64,000 nt of DNA from a bacterium (GTDB lineage: Bacteria; UBA8248; JACPRG01; G963555815). Where the stretch lies: assembly GCA_965261595.1 (NCBI GenBank), contig CBDHDG010000007.1, forward strand, positions 672,001 to 736,000, given 5' to 3'. The position numbers were made by a program, and so were the translations under genes. Positions 32,086 through 41,349 of the stretch are shown here, one piece after another. Each line of letters begins with the position of its first letter. Position 1 is the stretch's first letter. The notes under the pieces were generated by a model. It saw only the letters and a list, made by a program, of their open reading frames with translations, ran no database searches and was not told where the DNA came from.

Positions 32086-33222
32086 TCATCCGCCGCTCTC
32101 CCCCGGCTTCGGCTCCTCCCGCCGGCTTTCGGGCCGGTAATGCCCCTGCGCCTCCCGAAGCTCCCGCGCGACGGCCCGGCGGAGCTCCTCAGGGGAGACC
32201 ACCTCCGCCCCGCCGCCCAGACTCAACACCCAGGCCCGGATCGAGTTCAGGTCGGACGCCGAGAGCCGGACGAGCGACGCCCCCTCTTCCCCCGAGCCGC
32301 TCCCGGCGGGATCGCCGGCGCGCCCGGAGGGCTCAGGCGATTCCAGGGAGATCCCCGGAAGCCAGCCGCGCTCGATCGCCTCCCGGACCCGCTCGACGGC
32401 GTCGCCCGAACAACGGACGAGCACCTCGCCCCCGGGGGAAGGCGCGCCGGAGGGCCCCGCCAGCCTTCCGGTCAACACCGATTGAAAATCGATGTCCAAG
32501 GGGAGTTGAAAGACGTCTTTCGTCGCCCGGACTTCGCGGATCGATTCGAGGGGAAGGAGCTCCAGGCTCCGGGTCTCGTGCAGATAACCCATCAACAGCG
32601 TCCGGCCGAGCTGGTGCCAGACCCCGTAAGGGTCCATTCGGCGCCAGGAGGCGCGCCGCCTCCCGGACGGCAGGACGCGGACCTCCACGCACCGGCGCTC
32701 GTCCGCGGCCCGGGTCATCTCCTCCAGAACCTCTTGATGGAGGGCGAGAGACTTCACGGCGGGCAGATAGGGTCCGAAGTGTTGATCCAACCGATCGAGA
32801 AAGTCCCGGACCGGCGCGGGCAGCAGCTTCTCCAGGGTGATCAAAAAAGATTGGAACGTCCGGCGGAAGGGGGTCTCGCGAAATGCGTCGAACACCCGGC
32901 GCGCATAATAAAGGGCCATCAGCTCGGAGAGGGGAAAAGGGCCGGGGATGGTGTTGCGATACCCCTCGGGAAACCGCCAGCGGACGCCTCCCTGCTCCTG
33001 CTTCAGGATGGGAAACCCGGCCTGGATGAGGTCTTCCAGGTCACGCCGGATGGTGCCCTGGCTCCACCTTCGCGGACCGCCCTCCCCGGACCCGGCTCGG
33101 CCGTCGGACCGGTCATCCGACGGGCGGATCAACTCGGCCAGGTCGGCCAGGGTCAAGGCGCCGCCGGCTTCCAGATACCGGACAATCTCCCATTGCCGCT
33201 GAATCTGGTGCCGGCGCGACAC
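32086..33222 (-). CDS. HTH-WYL(-WCX) transcriptional regulator (YafY/PafB-like)
   Basis: TIRRDL..L..AGFPI, R.MDPY, WVLSLG..AEV.SP.ELR. Confidence 0.85.
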   Translation of the reverse strand: MSRRHQIQRQWEIVRYLEAGGALTLADLAELIRPSDDRSDGRAGSGEGGPRRWSQGTIRRDLEDLIQAGFPILKQEQGGVRWRFPEGYRNTIPGPFPLSELMALYYARRVFDAFRETPFRRTFQSFLITLEKLLPAPVRDFLDRLDQHFGPYLPAVKSLALHQEVLEEMTRAADERRCVEVRVLPSGRRRASWRRMDPYGVWHQLGRTLLMGYLHETRSLELLPLESIREVRATKDVFQLPLDIDFQSVLTGRLAGPSGAPSPGGEVLVRCSGDAVERVREAIERGWLPGISLESPEPSGRAGDPAGSGSGEEGASLVRLSASDLNSIRAWVLSLGGGAEVVSPEELRRAVARELREAQGHYRPESRREEPKPGESGG

Positions 33223-33262
33223 GACGCGCTCCCCTCCCCGCCACCGCCCGGCTCGGCCGGTT

Positions 33263-34186
33263 TCAGCCGGCCGCCCGCAAAGCGGCGGCCTTCGCTTCCA
33301 GCACTTCGACAAACGACGCGGGCCCGCGAACCGATCCCATCAGGACGTGCGGGTCGTCTCTGCCGTGACAGTCGGACCCGCCGGTGACGAGCAGCCCCCG
33401 GGCCTCGGCCAGGCGCCGGTAGGACTTCGCTTCGGCCTGGCTGTGGCTGGAATGATAGGCCTCGATCCCGCAAAGCCCTTCGCCGGCGAGCCTCGGGATC
33501 AAGTGGTCCTTTCCACCCCGCCCGGGATGGGCCATCACGGACACCCCGCCCGCACATCGGATGATCCGGAGGGCCTCGGCCGTTGTCAAGGCGTCGACGG
33601 GCTCATAGGCCGGACAACCCATGCCCAGGTACCGGGAGAAGACCTCTTGTTTCGAAGGGACCAGGCCCGCCGAAACCAGGTACGTCGACAGGTTCAACCG
33701 GCCCGCCAGCCCCTTCGGGTGACTGGTGAAATAGGCGTCGGGGTCGGCCGGCACGCCGAGATTGCGCAGCTTTTCAATCATCCGGAGAATGCGCTCGCGC
33801 CGCCGGACTTCGATCCCGGATAAGGCCGTGATGAACTCCGCGTCCTCGATGTCCACGAGGTAGCCGAGAAAGTGAACGTCGCCGTCCTCCGTGGTCGCGC
33901 TGATTTCGACGGAGGAGATCAGGCTGAGTCCCAGCTCCCGGGCGCGGGCGAGGGCGGGGGCGACGCCCTGGACGGTGTCGTGATCCGCGATGGCCAGAAA
34001 GGACATCCCGAGGGCGGCAGCCCGCTCGACCACCTTCTCCGGGGAGTGAACGCCGTCTGAGAAATGGGTGTGGACGTGAAGGTCGCCGAATGGCTCATCG
34101 GGGCCGACGAGGACGTGCCGGGCGGGTCCGCTCTTTCGTCTTGCCGATGAATTCGGGCCGGACACGCTTTCCCTTATCTTCCGCAA
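33263..34186 (-). CDS. PHP-domain phosphoesterase (TrpH/YciV-like)
   Basis: DLHVHT.FSDG, DHD, AHP, GGSDCHG; start uncertain. Confidence 0.9.
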   Translation of the reverse strand: MRKIRESVSGPNSSARRKSGPARHVLVGPDEPFGDLHVHTHFSDGVHSPEKVVERAAALGMSFLAIADHDTVQGVAPALARARELGLSLISSVEISATTEDGDVHFLGYLVDIEDAEFITALSGIEVRRRERILRMIEKLRNLGVPADPDAYFTSHPKGLAGRLNLSTYLVSAGLVPSKQEVFSRYLGMGCPAYEPVDALTTAEALRIIRCAGGVSVMAHPGRGGKDHLIPRLAGEGLCGIEAYHSSHSQAEAKSYRRLAEARGLLVTGGSDCHGRDDPHVLMGSVRGPASFVEVLEAKAAALRAAG

Positions 34187-34304
34187 CGGCCGCCACAGGG
34201 CGGGGAGGAGGAGGGGGCGGCAAGCCGCCTGTCCCGCGACACAAAAAACGAGGCCCGCCCCGGATGCCTGGTTGCCCGTGGACGAGCCGCGTCAGCGCTC
34301 AAAA

Positions 34305-34379
34305 TGGAGCGGGCGATGGGAATCGAACCCACGACGTTCAGCTTGGGAAGCTGACATTCTACCTCTGAATTACGCCCGC
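34305..34379 (-). tRNA. tRNA-Gly(CCC)
   Basis: 75-nt cloverleaf GCGGGCG...TTCCCAA...TTCGATT...TCCA. Confidence 0.95.
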
Positions 34380-34486
34380 CCGGAATGAATCAATCGATTG
34401 CGCTCACCTCTAAAAAAAGACTGTAATGCAATGCCTCCGGAAAGATCAACCCCCGCTCCCCCCCGGTCTCGAATGCCCGTCGGCCG

Positions 34487-34918
34487 TTACACCACACCCT
34501 CGACATTCACTTCGCTCTCCTCGACCCACACGACGCCGTCCTCGCCCGTTTCCTTTTTCCAGATCGGGACAATCTGCTTGATCCGGTCGATGGCGTACTT
34601 GCACGCCGCGAACGCCTCCGCCCTGTGGGGAGAGGCCACGGAGATGACGACGGCCGTGTCGCCGATCCGGAGCCGGCCAACCCGGTGGACGATGGCCACG
34701 GCGTCCGTGCCCCATTTTTCCGCAATCTCGCCGCCGATCTGACGGAGCTTCTTCTCGGCCATGGGCTTGTAAGCGTGGTACTCGAGCGCGACGACCTTCC
34801 GCCCCCGGGCGTGGTCGCGGACGATGCCGAAGAAATCCACGAGCGCCCCCTGGCCGGCGCTCAGGACGGCGCGGTGGAGCTCGTCCACGTTGATCGGCGT
34901 TTCGGAGATCTTAAACAC
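34487..34918 (-). CDS. moaE: Molybdopterin synthase large subunit
   Basis: F.GIVRD, LEYHAY, HRVG.L, PIWKKE. Confidence 0.95.
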   Translation of the reverse strand: MFKISETPINVDELHRAVLSAGQGALVDFFGIVRDHARGRKVVALEYHAYKPMAEKKLRQIGGEIAEKWGTDAVAIVHRVGRLRIGDTAVVISVASPHRAEAFAACKYAIDRIKQIVPIWKKETGEDGVVWVEESEVNVEGVV

Positions 34919-35165
34919 CGCAGCCTCCGGAGATCGGCGGGATCAGGGCGACCTCATCCCCCGCGCTCAATGAAAAATCGGGCCCCACGAACTCCTCGTT
35001 GACGGCGATCGTCAAGGCCTCGACCCGCGCGGCGAGCCTCGGGTGCGACTCCGCCAGTTGGCGCATCAGCCCCTCGACGGTCGCGCCCTCGGGCGCCTCC
35101 GCCTGGATCCGTTCGGCCCCGATCGCGTCCTTCGCCCACGCGAAAGCCAGCACATGAACCCGCAC
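34911..35165 (-). CDS. moaD: Molybdopterin synthase sulfur carrier
   Basis: AVNEE, GDEVALIPPISGG followed by three extra residues. Confidence 0.9.
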   Translation of the reverse strand: MRVHVLAFAWAKDAIGAERIQAEAPEGATVEGLMRQLAESHPRLAARVEALTIAVNEEFVGPDFSLSAGDEVALIPPISGGCGV

Positions 35166-35434
35166 GCCCCATCCCTTTCCCGCAAGCCCGTCCAGCCAAA
35201 CCCTTTCATAAGATCGTAGGTTCCGGAACGCGGTCTGTCAATCCGCGCATACGCAACGCCGAATCGAAAACCGGCGGACTCATGGGGCGCCGGCAAGGCG
35301 CACGTCTTGAAAACGCCGTGTGGTATACTTACCTGAAAAATTCTTCCCCAATCCGATTCAGCCTGGATCTTGGAATCCAGGGCGGTTCACGCCACGACAA
35401 CGGGCCCGATCACGCGGCCAGGGGGTGGATGGAG

Positions 35435-35581
35435 ATGAAACGATCCGTCCGGATGACCATCAACGGCGAGTCCCATGAGCACGAGGTGGAGCCACTGGAG
35501 GACCTGTTCGCCTCCGGGGAGTTCCGAGCGCACTTGGCCCGCGTCCACTGCCGGCGGGCGATTCGCGCGGCGGCCGGCTGA
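35435..35581 (+). pseudogene. In-frame deletion scar: CoxS-like N-terminus joined to CoxM-like C-terminus
   Basis: MTINGE..EHEVEP then LEDLFASGEFRAHLARV..RRA. Confidence 0.65.
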
Positions 35582-35666
35582 GACCGTCGTCCGTTTCCAC
35601 TGAGATCCGAACGGCGCGCGGGTCCCGAAGTCCAACCGGGCTTTGGGCGGACGCGCCGGGTTGAGC

Positions 35667-36872
35667 ATGGAAAAAACCTTTACACAGATCATCGAATCCT
35701 ACCGGCCCTGGCTCGTCGAGATCCGGCGTGACCTCCACCGTCACCCGGAGCTGGCCTTCGAGGAGGTCCGCACCGCCGGAATCATGGCCAAGAGTCTCAA
35801 ATCCTTCGGCCTGGAGTTCCGGACGGGCGTGGGGAAGACTGGCGTCGTCGGCCTGCTCCGGAAAAACCCGGACGGCCCCACCGTAGCCATCCGCGGCGAC
35901 ATGGACTGCCTGCCCATCCAGGAAGAGAACGACGTCCCCTACGCCTCCACCCGGCCGGGGCTCATGCACGCCTGCGGCCACGACGCCCACACGACGATCA
36001 TCCTGGGGACCGCCCGGTTCCTGTCGGAGAACCCGGAGTTCCTCGAAGGCGTCCCGGGACAGGTGAAGTTCATCTTCCAGCCGGCGGAGGAAGGCCGGGC
36101 CGGCGCGGCGGCGATGATCCGCGACGGCGTCCTCTCCGACCCGCCCGTGGACGCGATCTTCGGCGCGCACATGGTCCACACCCTGCCCGCGGGCGCCATG
36201 GGGCTGACCCCCGGCGCCGCCCTGGCGGCGTTTGACCGGATCGAGATTCACGTGACCGGCAGGGGCGGGCACGCGGCGAGGCCCCAGTCCACCGTGGACC
36301 CCGTGGTGACGGCGTCTTATCTGGTCACCGCGCTTCAGTCCATCGTCAGCCGGAACATCAACCCGCTCGAGAGCGCTGTCCTCACCATCGGGAGCATCAA
36401 CGCCGGCAACGCCTTCAACGTCATCCCCTCCTCCGCCGTCCTGGTCGGGACCCTCCGAACCATGAGCGAAGAGGTCAGGCTGCTCGCCCGGAAGCGGATT
36501 CAGGAGATGTCGGAACAAGTGGCGGCCGCTTTCGGGGCGACGGCCGAGGTCGAAATCGAAGATGGCTACCCCATGATGTACAACGACCCGGACATGACGG
36601 CCTTCTTTGGCCGCGTGCTTCGGGCGGAGTGGGGGGAAGAACCCGTCAAGGACCTCCCGCCCATCATGGCGTCCGAGGATTTCGCCTATTACCTGGAACA
36701 GGTCCGGGGGACCTATTTCCGGCTGGGATGCGGCAACGTTGAAAGGGGAATCACCCACAGCATGCACACTTCGAGGTTCGACATCGACGAGGACGTCCTC
36801 CCCTTCGGCGTTACGGTCTTCGCGTATCTCATTCGGGAATATCTCAAGCGGGCGCAGGGGACCGACGCTTAA
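35667..36872 (+). CDS. M20D family amidohydrolase
   Basis: RRDLHRHPEL, MHACGHD, FQPAEE, GGHA, SEDF. Confidence 0.93.
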   Translation: MEKTFTQIIESYRPWLVEIRRDLHRHPELAFEEVRTAGIMAKSLKSFGLEFRTGVGKTGVVGLLRKNPDGPTVAIRGDMDCLPIQEENDVPYASTRPGLMHACGHDAHTTIILGTARFLSENPEFLEGVPGQVKFIFQPAEEGRAGAAAMIRDGVLSDPPVDAIFGAHMVHTLPAGAMGLTPGAALAAFDRIEIHVTGRGGHAARPQSTVDPVVTASYLVTALQSIVSRNINPLESAVLTIGSINAGNAFNVIPSSAVLVGTLRTMSEEVRLLARKRIQEMSEQVAAAFGATAEVEIEDGYPMMYNDPDMTAFFGRVLRAEWGEEPVKDLPPIMASEDFAYYLEQVRGTYFRLGCGNVERGITHSMHTSRFDIDEDVLPFGVTVFAYLIREYLKRAQGTDA

Positions 36873-36873
36873 A

Positions 36874-37100
36874 CCGCATTTTTCGCAAGGAAGGACGGTT
36901 CAGTGGCGAGTGTAACATCCTATCTTTGAGGAGGGCGGGTACAGAGCCCCGCCCCTACATTTTCAGGGCCTCGTCCATCAAAGCCGGTGTAGGGGTCGGG
37001 CGAGAGTCGGTTGACTCCCGTACCGCCCCGAAGCGTTGGCCAACAATCCAATGGCCGATCCTACGCGGGCCTGTAACGGAACCGTAGTGGGAAATGCGGG
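36874..37100. mobile_element. MITE-like unit with IS1380-like ends containing a REP doublet
   Basis: CCGCATTT...GGGAAATGCGGG ends; REP-A 36933-36958 and REP-B 36989-37029 inside. Confidence 0.6.
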
Positions 37101-37145
37101 CAGATCTCTCCGCCGTCCGAATCTGATTCCGGGAGGAAGATCCAC

Positions 37146-38330
37146 ATGGTGAAAATGGAGGGAGCGGGGACGCCCCAATCGGAGATCCCCGGCCGGCTGG
37201 ATCGCGCCCGCGAGGCCATGGCAGAGCGGGACCTGGATCTCCTCCTCGTCATCGGCCGGTCCTTCTACGACCGCATGGGCGACCTGACGTTTCTGACCAA
37301 CCACTTCCCGCCCTTTCCCGCCGGGGCGTTCACCAAGGAGAGCCGCGGCGCGGGCCACGGCGTCCTCCTCCTCCCCCGGACCGGGGACCCCATTCTTCTG
37401 GTCGACCGGACCGGCCACCGCAAAGACCTCGTCCCCATCGAGGACGTGCGGCCCACACCGATCATCGCCCCCACGGTGAAGGAGGCCCTCGCCGAGCGGG
37501 GCCTGACCCGCGCGCGCGCCGGCATCGTGGGCGAGGACATCCTCCCCCTGGCCCTGTACCGGGACCTGACGGCGGCCCTGCCGGACGTTACCTGGGCGCC
37601 GGCGGATGAAATCGTGCGCGGCCTTCGCAGTATCAAGACCGAGGCGGAGATCGCCCTGTTGAAAACGGCCGCCGAGATCGCCGACACGTCCCTGGCGGCG
37701 GCGATGGCCGCGTGCGTTCCGGGACAGACCGAGGCCGACGTGTGCGCGGCCGCCATCGCCGAGGGGATGCGCCGGGGGGCCGACTTCGTCCGGTACGTCC
37801 GGGTGCACTCCGGGCCCTGGTCCACCATGGGGATCCGCTGGCCCCAGGCGACACAGCGGGCGCTCGAGGAAGGCGACGTGGTCCGGGTCGATGTCATCGG
37901 GGCCTTCGAGGGCTACCAGTACGATGTCCTGCGGACGACCTGCGTCGGCGAGCCGTCCGGCAAGGTCTTGAAGATCTTCGAGATTTGCGCCGAGGCGACC
38001 GAGGCGGCCGTCGCGGCGTGCCGGCCGGGCGTGAAGAGCGACGACATCTATCAGACCTCCCAGGCGATTTTCGAGCGCGCGGGATACGGCCGACACAGCC
38101 GCGCCTTCATGGGCCACGGCATCGGCCTGGAGACGGTGGAGTCCCCGCTCATCCAAAAGGGCGTCCAGGACGTGATCGAGGAGGGGATGGTCCTGTGCGT
38201 CGAGCCGGGCGTCTCCGTCCCCGACGTGGCGGGCGCGTGCATCGAAGAGGAAATCATCGTCCGGGGGGACGGTCCGGAGCTCATCACCCACGCCCCGACC
38301 CGCCCCTGGCGGAAGGACGGGGGCGGGTGA
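37146..38330 (+). CDS. M24 family (Xaa-Pro peptidase-like) protein
   Basis: R.IKT.AEI, D...D, GHGIGL, VEPG, IEE. Confidence 0.9.
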   Translation: MVKMEGAGTPQSEIPGRLDRAREAMAERDLDLLLVIGRSFYDRMGDLTFLTNHFPPFPAGAFTKESRGAGHGVLLLPRTGDPILLVDRTGHRKDLVPIEDVRPTPIIAPTVKEALAERGLTRARAGIVGEDILPLALYRDLTAALPDVTWAPADEIVRGLRSIKTEAEIALLKTAAEIADTSLAAAMAACVPGQTEADVCAAAIAEGMRRGADFVRYVRVHSGPWSTMGIRWPQATQRALEEGDVVRVDVIGAFEGYQYDVLRTTCVGEPSGKVLKIFEICAEATEAAVAACRPGVKSDDIYQTSQAIFERAGYGRHSRAFMGHGIGLETVESPLIQKGVQDVIEEGMVLCVEPGVSVPDVAGACIEEEIIVRGDGPELITHAPTRPWRKDGGG

Positions 38331-38373
38331 GCGTCCCCGTCCGCAACCGGCATACACACGAGGGAGAGAAAAG

Positions 38374-39360
38374 GTGGTCGACTTCGGACTGACCCTGCCG
38401 AACCGGGGCGTCATCGTCGGAATCGTGCAGGCCCGGGAGCTGGTGGACATGGCCGTGAAGGCGGAGGAGACGGGCGTCCTGACGGACGTCTGGGTCGGGG
38501 ACAGCATCCTGAGCAAGCCCCGGCTGGAGTGCATCCCCCTGCTGGGCGCGATCGCCGGGCGGACCGCCCGCGTCAAGCTGGGCGTGGCGTGCATGGCCAC
38601 CATCGTCCAGCGCAACCCCGTGGTCTTCGGCCTTCAGTGGGCGAGCCTGGACGTGCTCTCCGAGGGCCGGGCGCTCCTGGTGGCCTGCATGGGCTACCCG
38701 GCGAGCCAGACCCCGGCGGCCGCTAAGGAGCTGGACGTCATGGGGATCCCCAGCAAGGAGCGGCCGGGCCGGATGGTGGAGATGATGGCGGCCCTGCGGG
38801 CGCTCTGGTCCGGCGAGCACGCGACGTACGCGGGGAAATACTACGCCTTCGAGGACGTGAATCTCCTGCCGAAACCCGTCCAGCAGCCCTGCCCCATCTG
38901 GATCGCCGCCACCCCGCGCGAGCGGAACATCGGCGAGAAAGGCGTGGAGCGTTCCCTGCGGCGCATCGCCCAGCACGCCGACGGGTGGCAGACCACGCTG
39001 CTGACGCCCGAGATGTTCAAGGATTACCTGGGCCGCATCCAAGCGATGCGAAAAGAAGAGGGTCTGGACAAAGCCGGATTCAAGACCTCGCTCTACTACA
39101 ATCTGCACGTCAATCCCGACCGCGAGGCGGCTTATTGGGAGAGCAAGGCGTTTCTGGACGAATATTACGATCGGGACTGGCCGAAGGACATGGTGGAGCT
39201 CTGGACGGCCCACGGCTCCGTCCGGCAATGCGTCGAGACCCTGAAAGGTTATATGGATGCGGGCGTCGACCACATCACCATCCGACTGACGGCCCGGGAT
39301 CAGGCCCGGCAGTTCGAGATTTACGTGAAAGAGGTCCTGCCGGAGCTGGGGATTCGATAG
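38374..39360 (+). CDS. LLM-class flavin-dependent oxidoreductase
   Basis: VWVGDS, T.RVKLG, ASLDVLSEGR, PKPVQ.P.PIW. Confidence 0.9.
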   Translation: MVDFGLTLPNRGVIVGIVQARELVDMAVKAEETGVLTDVWVGDSILSKPRLECIPLLGAIAGRTARVKLGVACMATIVQRNPVVFGLQWASLDVLSEGRALLVACMGYPASQTPAAAKELDVMGIPSKERPGRMVEMMAALRALWSGEHATYAGKYYAFEDVNLLPKPVQQPCPIWIAATPRERNIGEKGVERSLRRIAQHADGWQTTLLTPEMFKDYLGRIQAMRKEEGLDKAGFKTSLYYNLHVNPDREAAYWESKAFLDEYYDRDWPKDMVELWTAHGSVRQCVETLKGYMDAGVDHITIRLTARDQARQFEIYVKEVLPELGIR

Positions 39361-39509
39361 TGTCGCGTCTCGGAGATAACTTCACGAATTCTGAACCTCC
39401 TCAAAGAAGCGTGCCACTGGCGGCTTGCTCGCCGGTGCCTCAGTTTTCGGGAAACCCAAAGGGCATCCTGTCATCTGAAACTTATTGAAACCATTTCTGA
39501 GACGCGACA
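39361..39509. mobile_element. MITE 1
   Basis: Terminal inverted repeats TGTCGCGTCTCGGAGA / TTTCTGAGACGCGACA, next to TAG on both sides. Confidence 0.7.
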
Positions 39510-39510
39510 G

Positions 39511-39665
39511 TAGAACCTATCTCAAAATGGGTAGTGCCCGAACCGTCATGCCCGCGTGTCGTAAGCGGGCATCCAGAAAAGCTTGAAAACACTGGTTTCC
39601 CGCTTTCGCGGGAATGACGACCAAAAGCCCAAGGAGTGGGAAATCTGTTTTTGAGATAGGTTCTA
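39511..39665. mobile_element. MITE 2 with internal palindromes
   Basis: Perfect TAGAACCTATCTCAAAA / TTTTGAGATAGGTTCTA; internal GTCATGCCCGC...GCGGGAATGAC hairpin pair. Confidence 0.8.
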
Positions 39666-39766
39666 GAGATCCGGGCGGACGTCGGGGGAGGAGAGCGCCC
39701 AGCAGAATCCGGACGCGCCTTATACTTTTTTCCTGAACGGAAAAGCGAGAGGAAAGGGGGAGGAAA

Positions 39767-40153
39767 ATAGCGACTTACAAATATGACCACATCCACTTTC
39801 GAAGCGAGGACCCGCACGCCGCCCGAAAATTCTGGGAGGAGATGTTCGGCGCGGAATGCACCCGGGAAAGAGAGCTGGGGGGCGCGCCGTCGTTCACGAT
39901 GGACCTGAACGGCATGATCTTTCAGGTGTCGGGCCGCGCGGAGGGCGAAGACCCCGTCCGCACGGGAAGCGAGCCGCGCTACGGCCTCGACCATTTCGGC
40001 CTTCTGGTGGACGACATGGACGGCGCGGCGAGCCACCTCCGCGGGAAAGGCGCGGAATTCATCTGCGAGCCCTGGGAGCTCCGCCCCGGCGTCAAGATCG
40101 CCTTCATCAAGGGGCCGGACAACATCAGCATCGAGCTGGCCGAACGAAAATAA
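39767..40153 (+). CDS. VOC/glyoxalase family protein
   Basis: YDHIH, GLDHFG..VDD, IAFIKGPDNISIEL; apparent ATA start. Confidence 0.85.
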   Translation: MATYKYDHIHFRSEDPHAARKFWEEMFGAECTRERELGGAPSFTMDLNGMIFQVSGRAEGEDPVRTGSEPRYGLDHFGLLVDDMDGAASHLRGKGAEFICEPWELRPGVKIAFIKGPDNISIELAERK

Positions 40154-40184
40154 CCGCCCTCATCCCTTCATTCTCCGAAGGGCG

Positions 40185-40312
40185 AAAAGAACGGCTCTCA
40201 TTTGGGAATGACGGTTTTGTGGGAGCGGTTGAAGAGGCATTGGGGCGTATCCTGCAACGGCAGAAGCGCAGGACGAAAAGGGGGGATAAGCGGAAATAAG
40301 TATGGTGTCCCC
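40185..40312 (+). mobile_element. RAYT-derived remnant, 3' end (copy 1)
   Basis: Shares GG.AATGACGGTTTTGT...GCGGAAATAAG.ATGGTGTCCC with 41017-41349 and 43917-44149. Confidence 0.7.
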
Positions 40313-40346
40313 TTAATTCCCTTAATTCCCTTAATTCCCTTAATTC
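40310..40346. repeat. Tandem 9-mer (CCCTTAATT)x4
   Basis: Directly follows GGTGT of the element end. Confidence 0.9.
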
Positions 40347-40369
40347 ACACGGGCCCGCCAACGGACCTT

Positions 40370-40890
40370 AGTGACTATAGCGTCGGTTGGAACTTGTAGA
40401 TATATATCCATCCGGTCATGACAATCGCAATGACGGCGAAAAAGATATAGCAGGACCATAGCCCCGCAGGTCGAAAATCGTCCTCAATTCCGGTGACGTT
40501 CAGATCTTTCAAAGTTCGTTCTCTTCGTTTAGATAGTTTTTTGATTATAGTCAATTCTCAGAAAAGCACTACAGAATACGTAATTGAGAACACAACACCC
40601 ATCACAACCATAAGAATCCTGTACTTTGTAAATTCGCTATCTAGTGCGTACCTGAAAAGCAAACCGTTAATCCCCAAAAACACGCCAAACGCCTTTACAT
40701 GAATGTCGTAGTACTTGTGAAACTGATCAATGACCAACCGGTATTCCGTCAGCCAGAATTCCCTGGCGTCAGTGCTTTGGGTTTGGCTATGTTCCCGCTG
40801 AACTCGTTCAGTTCGCTTGGTAGATTCTGTTAAAGCCGCGCTACCGGCTCGTGTGGTCGTAGCCGGCACATTCCTAGATTTCATAGACAT
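40370..40890 (-). pseudogene. AT-rich small membrane protein gene, disrupted near 40558
   Basis: ORF 40558-40890 with two TM helices; another hydrophobic segment follows past the stop. Confidence 0.45.
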
Positions 40891-41016
40891 AATTGAGAAT
40901 TTCCCATTTCAACTTCCGCCGATGTTCTTCCGGTCCCTTTTGCGGTTTGAAAACACTAGCCCCCCCCCAATGGTCATGTCAAGAGCTTCTCGAAGGCGCC
41001 AACTAAGTGGATTCTA

Positions 41017-41349
41017 GGGACAGCATACTTAATTCTTGACTTTTGGCTTGTGCCGCTATCGTGTCGGTGCATGCCAAGAATCGCACGGGTCGTGCCCCAG
41101 GCCTGCCCATCATGTCACAGCGGGCCAATCGAAGGTCAAGCCCTTGCTTGAAAGGGTCGGGAATTGGAGGGAGTTTCTTCCGGTTGGCGTATCCGAGGAG
41201 AAGATCGAGAGGATAGGCCGTAATGAGAGGACAGGCGGACCCTTGGGAAATGACGGTTTTGTCGGAAAGCTTGAAGACCCATTGGGTCGTATCCCGCAAC
41301 GGCGGATGCCGGGACGAAAATGGGGGGATAAGCGGAAATAAGGATGGTG
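41017..41349 (+). mobile_element. Internally deleted RAYT derivative with inverted ends (copy 2)
   Basis: MPRIARVV..HHVT N-terminus joined to ERTG.PLG..FV..LE C-terminus; left GGGACAGCATACTTAATT is the inverse of right AAATAAG.ATGGTGTCCC. Confidence 0.75.

Noticed and set aside
30586..33387. 933-aa plus-strand ORF and other long antisense ORFs (13122-14762, 25237-27246, 36978-38615)
   Set aside because: Shadow ORFs of high-GC genes that are well supported on the opposite strand.
34200..34320. Prophage or island integrated at tRNA-Gly (or at the CAT tRNA)
   Set aside because: No integrase and no duplicated tRNA 3' end seen.
40310..40346. CRISPR array
   Set aside because: 9-nt tandem units without spacers; no cas genes; no repeat-spacer array seen anywhere in the window.
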